Source: Rhizaria sp. SCN 62-66 (Eukaryota). From it: DNA of 38,906 nt. The notes beneath the pieces are model-generated. The model did no database searches. It was given only the letters and a program-made list of their open reading frames with translations, and was not told the DNA's origin. Position numbers and translations under genes: made by a program. Shown one piece after another: positions 1-10,208 of the stretch. Position 1 is the first letter of the stretch; each line of letters opens with the position of its first letter. Where the stretch lies: contig MEDY01000352.1 in NCBI GenBank assembly GCA_001724265.1, forward strand, positions 1 to 38,906. The letters run 5' to 3'.

Positions 1-531
1 CACCTTTATATACCCGCCCCGAAACGACCGTGGGTGGTGTTTGCCCCAGTGTGAGCCTGTGAGACTTGGTATTTTATGCTAAATGTCGGCGGTAACAACA
101 GATCCTTTAAACACAGAAAACACACACTTTAAAGACAGAATCCTTCTGTGTGTGTTAACAGAAAACACCACCCTTGTATCCGGAGCTTGGTAGGTCGTTG
201 GGTGCCGTTTCTATGTGGTTTTCCTGTGTGAGAGTCCCTTTATGTAAAATTTCGCGCGTAACATCTCGTTGTGTATTACACGGAGACTTGGATTAACAAG
301 ACATTTGGCGTACTCTCTGTTGTTACCGCCGACATTCCAGTCGACAGCATTTGCCGGCCGCGATATCACTCTCTTCTTCTATGAAAACAATAAGAACCAA
401 GTATATAATTCAAATTTTATACTGTGTCTATGATAATTTTCACAGAAAAGAGAAGTCTGTGTTCACAGGAAAACACCACCTTTATATACCCACCCCGAAA
501 CGACCGTGCAGTGTGAGCCTGTGAGACTTGG
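1..531. repeat. Degenerate direct/inverted repeat cluster (MITE or foldback-like remnant, probably continuing left of the window)
   Basis: CACCTTTATATACC-(G/C)-CCCCGAAACGACCGTG...CAGTGTGAGCCTGTGAGACTTGG occurs at 1-69 and 477-531. A perfect 21-bp inverted repeat AATGTCGGCGGTAACAACAGA lies at 82-102 and 316-336. ACAG(G)AAAACAC units recur in both orientations (~112, ~158, ~215 reverse, ~465). Confidence 0.6.
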
Positions 532-1014
532 GCGCGACAAAAATTGCCACATTCCCTCGTGTAAAGAAGGATTCCAATGATATAATTAAAACGATTTACT
601 GGTGTGGTGGAATTTAATTCAGTTCTACCCACCATTTGACTATTAACGATAATTTTCGCGCAGGCTAATCGGTGCACCTCTTCAGTCTACGTGACCTCTC
701 CGCAACGCTTGACATCACAATTGTTTCATTCCTCTCAACATAACAACTTGAAACCAGCGCGTAGTGTTCTGGGGACATGCGGCATACTCTTTTCCATGTA
801 TATCTTACCATTATTTTGTTATTGACTAATTCTGCTCGCTGCTTTGCCTTGCTCCAGTGCTCCTGGGTGGCTTCCTGTGTGCAGTCGCTTTCTGCCTCAA
901 ACTGACCTGACACACACCTTCGCAGCCAGCCGCACATCAGCTCGACGTTACTTGTTCTCCCAACACGCGACGCGTTACGAGGGGCGACCGCAGCACCCTC
1001 CCCCCGTCCCCACT

Positions 1015-4000
1015 ATGTCACGATGGAGGACGTCGTCCGCGGGTGCCTTGCCCACGCTGGTTTGGAAGAGCCTGCTGCTCAAAGCGCGCTCGCCGCTCTG
1101 GTTCGCGCTCGAGCTCCTGCTCCCCGTGCTCGCCATTGTGCTCCTGGGGCTCGCCAAGGACCAGATCTACGGCATGGCCGACATGGCGGCTGACGAGATC
1201 GAGCTCTACACCACGGGCCTCACCGCCAGCACAGCGCTGTCATACACGCTCACAAGGGGCGTCGTCAAACCCGGGACGTTCGCCGCGCCCTTCGCCTTTG
1301 TCGGCTCCGACGAGAGCTGGGAGGCATTTTCCTCTTTTTTGACATCCGAGCTGATCCCGGCCCCGCCCCAGCCGCTGACGGCGGCGAACCTCACCCGTTT
1401 CGCGTCATATGCGGAGCTGATGGCGGCGTTCACGGAGCCTGTGTGCGAGGGCTGCACGGAAGTGCGCGCGCGCATTCATCTCGCAGTTGTCGAACGTGTT
1501 GTTGAGGTCACGCGGAACAGGGTTGTTGAGACGACGAGAGGGAGCATGGGCAATCGAGCAGCAGCTGAGACCTTGGTTGAGCACACCGAAGATGCTGCAG
1601 CCTCTGCTGGAGCTGCGGCCACTGCCGACAACGCGGAAGATGAAGTCAAGTACGTGTGGGAGTTTTACCAGCACTACAGCACGTCCTACCGCCTTGTTGA
1701 CATGGAGCCCTTCAACATGATCAACCGCAACGCCCAATACTACGGCGTCAACTCCTTCACCTACGTCGGCCCGTTCGCACTCCTCGAGGGGCTGCGCGCG
1801 CGCGTGCTCCGCAAACACGGTGCCGTTGCACTGCCCGACCCCGACGGGCCTGTGACGTTGCAGGCCGTCTCGGACGCGTTTGTGTATGCGTTAGGCGGGG
1901 CGCCGGCGCCACAGGGCCGCGCCAACTCGCACCTGCGCCGCGGCGACTCGCTGCTCGCGATTGGCGCGTCGGTCGCGTTCGTCGTGCCCTTCCTGGCGCT
2001 GCTGTCGGCCGTGGTGGCGGAGCGCGAGACGCTTATGTGCGAGATGCTCCGCATTACCGGGATCGGGCTCTCGGCGGTCGTGCTGTCATGGGCCGCTGTG
2101 TACGGACTCCTGCTCGCCGGCACCGCGCTGTGCGTCACGCTCGTCGCCAAGGTCGCCGTCTTCCCAAACGTCGCATTCTCGGTGCTCTACGTTCCGCTGC
2201 TCGCCGCGTGCGCTAACATCATCGCGCTGGCGCTGCTTTTCTCGCTCTTCTTCTCCTCCGCGCGCCTCGCGCAGCTCACGGGCGCGCTCGTCTTCGCGCT
2301 GTCCTGGGCCTTCTACAGCGCCGTCAAGTCGTCCTTGCCCGCGCCCGCGGACGATTTATGCTCCTCTGGCATTACCGCCCTCGCAGGCTCCGCGTTTGGC
2401 CCCTCGGGGCTCACCAGCGCGCTCGCATGGGTCGCCTACCGCAGCCGAGTCGCCGGCGGCGGCGGCGCCGTGCCTTGGCGCAGCGTCGGCTCCTGCTCCG
2501 AGGGCTACTCGCTGCAGGCCGTGTGCGTTGCGCTGGTGGCCGGCGCGGTCGTGTGCTTTGCCGCCGCAGCCTATGCGTACGCCGTTGTCGGCGCGCTCCA
2601 GGGAGACGTGTTCCGCCTTGCCGCCTTGTGCGCCCCCTTCCGCAGCTGCTGCTGTTGCGGCGACGAGGGCGACCGCGACAGCGACGGTGGCGACGATGAC
2701 GGTGGCGGGCCCAGCGACCGTGCGCAGCGCACGCGGCGGCGGCGCGGCGCGCGCCATGGGGCCGCCAGCGCCAGTGCCAGCGCCTGCGCCGGATCCTGTG
2801 ACGCGGGCGTGACGCTTGACGCGAGCGTGATGACCACTGCTGCTGCGGCGGCGGTGTTGGCGGGCGACGACAGTGCGGGCGCCGGCGACAGCAACGCGAC
2901 TGCGGGCGCGGAGGACGTGGGCGTCGACGTGTACGCGTTGCCGGCGCGGTATCACCCGTGTGCGCGCATCGAAGCGAGTGAGACGAAACAACCACAGCAG
3001 ACTCAAGACACTGATGCCGAATATGGTAACGGTGACGGTGAAAAAGAAGATGAAGATGACGATGATGAGATTGTGCGTATTCGCAACCTACGCAAAGAGT
3101 ACCCCTCGAGTAACCTCGTTGCCGTGAAGCGGCTTAACTTAGACATCCACCGGGGCGAGCTGTTCGCCCTTTTGGGCCACAACGGTGCCGGCAAGAGCAC
3201 GGTGCTCAACATCCTCTCGGGCCTGTGCAAGCCCACGGCGGGCGGCGCGCGCATTGACGGCGTGGACCTCCGCGACTGCCACCGTACCGTCGCCCCCACA
3301 GCCTCTCTTAAACAGTACTTCCAGCACCAGCACCAGAACAGCAGCAGCGACGGCGGCGCCAGTGGGTTGCTCTTGCGCACCAACGGGCCGTCGATCGGCG
3401 TGTGCCCGCAGCACGATATCTTGTACCCGTCGTTGACGCCGCGCGACCACCTGGAGCTTTTCGCGCGCCTCCGCGGTGTCCCGCGCGCCGTGCGTATCGC
3501 TGAGGTGAACCGCTGGCTGCGCGCGCTGAACCTGCTTGACCGCGGCGACGCGTACGGGCGCCTGCGCGGCCGTGTGATTGCCGACGCGCCGGTGAGCACG
3601 CTGTCGGGCGGGCAGCGGCGGTGCGTGTCGCTGGGCATCGCGCTGATCGGCGACCCGAAGCTGGTGATCCTAGACGAGCCGACGGCGGGGCTGGATGTCG
3701 CGGCGCAGGCCTCGGTGCGCGCGCTGCTGCAGGAGCAGCGCAGGCACCGCGCGATTCTGCTTACGACGCACTCGATGGAGGAGGCCGAGATCTGTGACCG
3801 TATCGGCATCCTTGCCAACGGTTCGCTGCAGACCGTAGGCTCGAGTCTGTTCCTCAAGCGCACGTTCGGCGCCGGGTACACGCTGTCTGTGACCAAGGCG
3901 CCCGAGGAGTCGCTGCTCGAGACTGCGACGCGCGGCAAGCGCGCCGTCGCCGCCGCGGCCGCCGCGCTGGCCGCGCTGGAGCCGACTGCGGAGGAGCTAG

Positions 4001-7000
4001 CCGTGGAGGAAGCCACGCGCGTGCGGCTCTCGCCCGCTGGCCGCCGCATTGCGCGCGCGCTGGCGCGGGCGATTCCCGAGCTGGTGACGATGTCGGACTT
4101 GGGGCCCGAGATGTCGTTTGCGGTCCCCACCGCCGCCGTGCCACGCCTGCCCGATCTGCTCAACACCGTCGAGCGGGACAAGGCCGCGCTGGGCGTCGCG
4201 TCGTTTGCGGTGTCCGTGACTCCGCTGTCGGATGTGTTCTTCACTGTTGCCAACGCCGCCGTCGTCGACGACGACTCACCCGACGCCGTGGTCACGATCC
4301 CGTCGGTTCCCCTCGTGCATGCTGCGCCGGCTTCGCAACAGTGGGGTGAGGACGACACGGAGCGCGCGACGTCGGCTATGGGGACGAGCGCGAGTGCGGC
4401 GGCTTCACTCGATGGGACGGACTTTTTTGGTACGACTGAGCGCAACCTTAGTCACACTGCACACGTGCGCGACTGTGTCACTACTGACACAGAAGGCACT
4501 GAGTCTGCCCCGTGCGAGCAGTTGAGTGCTGCGCCGTCGTCGACCTCGGCTCATTCGTTTTCTTCTGTCACGCGACGCAGAGACTGGAATGCTCCGCACG
4601 CACTGCCGGGCGCCGCAGCGGACTCCGTTGTTGCTCGAAGTGTTAGAGTGAACACCGCCGGATCAGGCAAGATTGACAACGGCGCTGACATCAATGGTTT
4701 CTACGAGAAAGACGACGATTTGTGGCAGGACGACTTTGCGCAGCGGCGTCTGTACGGCCGCTCCGTGTTTTGCTCGATTCTCGGTGCGTTGTACTGCAAG
4801 CGCGCGATCGTCGCGCGCCGTGAGGGCGTCGCGATCCTGGTGCAGACGCTCGCGCCCGTGGTTGCGCTGGGCGCGTGCCTCATCGCGCTGTGGCTCGCCT
4901 CGGTCCCCATGACGCAGTCGGACCCGATGAAGCCGTACTCGCACAGCGTGTTCGACTCACTGCCGTACCCGCCATGGCTCGCCGTGCCGCAGCTCTTCGA
5001 CGCCCCCGCGTCCGTGGCGGACTTCCACAGCGACATGATGCGGTACAACGGCATTTCCGCGCAGGATGTCGGCGGGCCGGACATGCTGCCGATGGAGCGC
5101 TGTGCGGACCCGTTTCTGTACAAAGACCTCCTGGACGGGTACATACGTGTGCGGCCGGAGACGCAGTTCTTCTACGGGCTCGCCGAGGTCTGCGTCGCCG
5201 ACAACCTGTACCCTACCGCTGCGGGCAATCATCTGACGGCGCGCGACAATGGCCCTGTCTCTCGCACTGCGGAGGTCAACAATACCAATGACGACGACGA
5301 CGACGACAGTATTTTATCGCTCAAAGCCAGCAACACGACACGCTTTGAGTCGCTAATCCTCCTTAACGGGTCTACGGTTGACGCGCTGCCCATCATCATC
5401 GTCGGCACGACCAACGTACTGCTGGCTGCGGCCTACGAGCGCGCCGCCGCGCAGGAACCGCCACACGCGAACTTGCCGCCCAAGGCGAGCATCGAGGTAA
5501 GTTTCACGATTGTTGACGCGCCTCAGTCGTGGAACATCTTCTCGACCCGGTCCGCAGTCGCCCTGTTTGGGTCTGGTGTCGTCATTTTTATCGGAATCCT
5601 CACCTCGACTTTCGGCCACATTATCGTGCTTGAGCGCACGAACTTTAGTAAGCACTTGCAGCTCGTTTCAGGCGCGTCATCAGCTGTCTATTGGCTTGCG
5701 CACGCTCTTTGGGATGCCACATTGGCCGCACTGTTATTTGTGTTCCTGTTGATCATTGATGCTGTACTGAAGATGAAATTGTTTACAACTTTTGTTATTC
5801 TGGCGTATTGGCTTTTTTTCATGATGGTTATTCCATTTTCCTATTGTGTTGCAATGTTCTCCGGCACTCCTGCCCGTTGCCAAACTATTTTGGCTTCGTG
5901 TCATGTGTTTGGAATCTTTACTTCCCTGGTTGCGATTGCTACAAGCAGTATTCCATCTTCACCTAACTACGTGTCCTTCAACTATGTGTTTATCAACGCT
6001 GCGCTTATCCCGCTAGGTGGGCTCATTACGACGCTTGTCTCTTCTCTTGACTCTGAAAAGTGGCCCTACGACTACCGCCTTGCCCTTGTAAGCACGGCCG
6101 GCGGCGCACTGCTGTTCACCGCCCTGCTGGTCTTGCTCGAGTCGCACGCACGCCAGGGCCTGCGCGACTGGGTCACGTGCTCCGCCCCGCCCGCGAGTTT
6201 GCGCAACCCGGCGCGGAGCGAGTGGCCCGCGCGTGAGGATCCCGATGTCGCGGCCGAGCGCGAGGCAGTGCTCAACGGCGAGCGCGAGAACGCGATGTAC
6301 TACCCCGTGGTGTGCTACGGGCTGCGCAAGGTGTTTCCACCACGTCGCTTCCCGCCCGCGCCCGCGCACGTGGCCGTCAGCGACCTGCACTTTGCCGTCG
6401 CCAAGGGCGAGTGCTTTGGCCTCTTGGGCTCCAACGGCGCTGGCAAGACGAGCGTGCTGCAGATGCTCACGGGAGGAATGCTGCCCACGTCAGGTGCCGC
6501 CACTGTCAGCGGCTTTGACATCCAGGTACGTTATTATCGTCTGCTGTGGCTTTTAACTAAAGCTATCTTGGCCGGTGGATCAAAATTTACTGCACTCTGA
6601 CATAAGTAACTCCGTTTTATTGACTCAGACAAACTTGTTCTCACACCATCATGCTGTATTTTGCACTGTTTTCGCTCCTTATTCAAGGTTGACTCGGAGG
6701 CCGTGGCGACCGTTGTTGGTTACTGCCCGCAATTCGACGCCTTCGTGCCACAGCTGACGGGCCGTGAGAATCTCCGTCTGTTCGCGCGCCTCCGCGGCGT
6801 TTCTGGCGAACAGATCTCCCTGTACGTGACGGAGCTGCTGCGCCACCTGACCCTCGAAGGCTGCGTGGACCGGCCCGCTGAGACGTACTCTGGCGGCAAC
6901 AAGCGCAAGCTCTCGGTGGGGATCGCGCTCATTGGGAACCCGCCGATCGTGATCCTGGACGAGCCCTCGACCGGCGTGGACCCGCAGGCGCGGCGCTCGA

Positions 7001-7609
7001 TGTGGCGCCTCATCTCGTCCACGATGGCGCACCGCGACCACGCACTCGATGGAAGAAGCAGAGGCGCTGTGTGACCGCGTGAGCATCATGCACGCAGGCG
7101 TGCTGAAGTGCATCGGCCGCCCCACCGCGCTCAAGAGCTCGCACGGCGGTGGCTTCCTTGTTACGCTGTCTTCCGCGCGCGCCGCGCTTCTCGAAGTGGC
7201 GGCTGCGGCGGTACTGAGACGCTTTCCACACGCGCGCCGCAAGGACCGCCGCGGCGTCACACTCAAGATTTTCCTCCCGGCCGCCGCAGAGACGACGACG
7301 GTGCACGCCGTGGGCGCCGTCTCTGCAGAAGAGGACGGGACCGCGGGCGCTGATGCGGGTGTGAATGCTGCGAGTGTGGGTGTGGTGACAGCGGCGCGTG
7401 TGTTCCGCGCGTTGGAGGAGATCAAGGCGGCGACGGGCGTGGACACCTACTCCGTCGCCACGTCGACCCTCGAGGACGTCTTTCTCCGCATCGTCGCGCC
7501 AAGCCTTGCCGCTTCGGCCATCCCCGCCTCGCCCATAATGGCGACTGGGACAGCGACGGAGACGACTGCGGGCTCGGTGGACGGGCTTGATGCGCCGCTT
7601 TTGGCGTGA
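1015..7609 (+). CDS. ABC transporter subfamily A, full TMD-NBD-TMD-NBD; exons 1015-6525 and 6688-7609, with an apparent frameshift at ~7036
   Basis: ABCA-type N-terminus (LVWKSLLLKARSP..ELLLP). NBD1 has GHNGAGKS, CPQHD, LSGGQ, LVILDEPTAGLD and TTHSMEEA. NBD2 has GSNGAGKT, YCPQFD, YSGGNKRKLS and ILDEPSTGVDP. A phase-0 intron 6526-6687 (CAG|GTACGT...TTCAAG|GTT) removes the TGA at 6598. TTHSMEEAEALCDR...TLEDVFL continues in the +1 frame after 7036; the stop is TGA. Confidence 0.92.
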
Positions 7610-8668
7610 GAACGTATTTGTGTAGCTCGCATGCACAGCGTTTGCGGAATGTTGTACAAAGGGGAATTAATATGTTGTGATAGCTGTCATTCTTTCATTG
7701 TGTTTGTAGTCGTTACATAGCTTAACACTCTGGTAAAGTTAAACCGAAGTAAATATATAGTGTACAGCCATTTGTGTTTTCGGTGACGCTTGTACACTCA
7801 CGTGCAATAAAAACACGCAATGCTGTTTATGTTATGATTGTGGTGTAGCAGTACATTTGGTGTTACACGCGTGGAGAGATGTACGAGGTGTCAATTCTAA
7901 GAGATGTTAATCTCTTGTGAGAAGCCAACGCGAGTTATCTCAATATTCGAATTAAGCATGCTTAAAAGGCAAGAGGATGATCTCGCTTGACACTTGCTCA
8001 GTTGTTGTTGCTCCCCTTGGTGTTCTTTTTCGCAAAGGCGCCCTCCGGCCCGAGATCTGCTGTGTCGTTGTCAGCAGCAACGGATGTGGGAGACTGCATC
8101 TCGCAAGCCTCGAGAAAGATCTTCTTCCTCTCAGCCACAGCGGCTATTTCCACTAGAATCAGCGCGCATCCTATCGAAGCGAGCAATTGTTAAACCGGAT
8201 AAGTTTAAATAAGCACACCCTGAATGAAAATGTGCTTTTGTATTTCTCGTAAATAAGGCATGTTGGGGATCTCGGTGACGGTCTTACACACACGCAATTG
8301 CGAGGTGGCGTTTTCTGGAGATTTTCGTCATCCAGATATGGTGTTAGATGCAGTCTGAGCACGCGTTAGTTATATTCGCTCGAAGAGAGGTGACTATGTA
8401 ATAGATGAATAACAATGCGCTGCGTTTGTGGGCACAATCACACTGCGTGTCACATTGTTGCGTGTTATTTTGAACCTTTGCAGCATGTGATTTAAAGTGA
8501 CTCAGTTGGTGTTATTCCTAGCGGTGCCAAGCTGGGCCCGGCCCCCCGGTCTCATTTCCGCGCACAGCGGGCGCAACAAGATGACGCAAGTGGTGCACTC
8601 AGTGCACTCAATAATGCCCACACAGTATACGTCGTGACTGTCGATAGCTAAAGTCTGTGAAAGTGTGC

Positions 8669-9264
8669 TCAGTGAACAATGGGCTTGAGAGGCTCGCCAC
8701 GTGTGGTCTCGAAGTCGATTTCGAGGTCGCGCGCCTCGTCAATCGGGCCCAAGCACGCGCTGTGCAGAGTGGGGGCAGAGAAAAACATAGCGGCAAGTGA
8801 TAGGGGGTACGAATGTGTAAGCAGCGGATGAGAAAGAGCAAGAGAGTAACAGACGCAAATCAGCACGAGATAAGTAATTGTTCATATCATTTATAGGCTG
8901 ATGCAGTTAGATTGCGCGTAAAGTGCGACATACACGTTGTCGCCTCGGACGAGGAGGAGGCCGCGGGGAACTTGCTCGATGGGGGCGTCAAGTGAGTACA
9001 CACGCTCGTGCGAGCTCGCCAGAATCAGGTTCGTGCGCTGGTCGTAGCCGCGGAAGATGCCGACAAAGATGCGGCCGTCGCATGTAACAACGTTGACGAT
9101 CTCTGTTGGGGTTATGTGTTGTCGTGCAACCGAGCGAAAGGATAGCAGGGAGGAACGACTGAGTGATAAAGAGGAGAAGAAGACCAAAAGGCATTATGAC
9201 AAAGAGAGAAATAGATGAACGTGTGTGACGTACGGTCAACCCACTGACTAAGCTCGCCCGACAT
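8669..9264 (-). CDS. LSM8: U6 snRNA-associated Sm-like protein LSm8, 96 aa; exons 9264-9234, 9102-8934, 8759-8669
   Basis: The spliced product MSGELSQWVDQIVNVVTCDGRIFVGIFRGYDQRTNLILASSHERVYSLDAPIEQVPRGLLLVRGDNVACLGPIDEARDLEIDFETTRGEPLKPIVH has the LSm8 hallmarks (DGR, NLIL..SHERV, VRGDNV, IDE, EPL...H). Both introns are GTAYGT...CAG and the phases are consistent (31+169+91 nt). Confidence 0.95.
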
Positions 9265-10208
9265 GATGACACTGCCAGGAGACGGGAGTACGAGTCTGAA
9301 GAGAAGTCGGTGAAGACGCGGTGGGAGGAGCTTCAACAAAAGCATCGAAGGGAGAAGGAGATCGTAGTGAGAGAAAATGAAATTAAATGAGCAGAGTTGT
9401 GAGCACAAATTGAATATGCAGCAGATGTAAGGTCGTTAATAACGGTGGTATGACAGCACAGTTCTCCGACGAAGTTGAACCCAATCTTCAACGGACAACC
9501 ACACTACCGCCGTGTTCGGCTGGCCGGCTGGAGCGGGTTCGCAAAAAAGCGTTCCAATGACGACAAGCAAGCAAGCAAGCAAGACGAGCCACAACCGCGG
9601 AGAGACATCAAGCGACATCAATTGGTACCTTGAAAACATCGCGATAACGGCGAGAGAGCGAGATACGGCGTTATCATTAGTGAGAATAGCTTGCGGCATT
9701 GGATATATGTTTTGCTGTACGGCGATTTAATGACGCTATGCACTCTATTTCGGCTTCTTTTCGCCGCCTCGTGGCGAATCATGCTCTGGATGAATCTCCT
9801 TTCTGTTCCTGGCCTTTCTCGTTCACGTGCAGCCAATCAATCTGTGAAACATCCATTTTAGTTCTGCACGGATATTTTTATCTTGGTATATGTCATGTAT
9901 AGTCTCTAGACGCGTTTCCACTCACCACCTATGCTACTTTTCCTTCGCGTGCTTTTTCACTTTCGCGCCACCATCCCTTCTGTGGTGTGCCTTGCGCCTG
10001 CTTAGACTTTCTTTCCCCTGCTTCCACCAACGCCCTTGTTTCTGCCCGCTTGATTTTGTGCCGGGCAGTCGTCGTTTTCCTTGGTCGTCGCTTTCCGTAG
10101 CGCCCAGCTTCCCCCATTAGCCCGCCTCGCCGCCTCCCCTTTTCGACCGCTGCGAGGTTAAACTAAAACGAAACCAAACATCCACCCTGAACAACACAGA
10201 CTCAGCAA

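Noticed and set aside
844-1014. N-terminal extension of the 1918-aa ORF from a non-ATG start
   Set aside because: This is a eukaryotic gene, and ABCA similarity begins just after the ATG at 1015.
3003-4445. Long antisense and alternative-frame ORFs over ABCA, ankyrin, SHMT (15931-17307), RPC1 and the secreted genes
   Set aside because: These are shadow ORFs expected from GC3-rich codon usage and have no recognisable motifs.
7998-8186. Short minus-strand ORF with a hydrophobic stretch
   Set aside because: It has no ATG at its start, an upstream in-frame TAA and no convincing splice acceptor or family motif.
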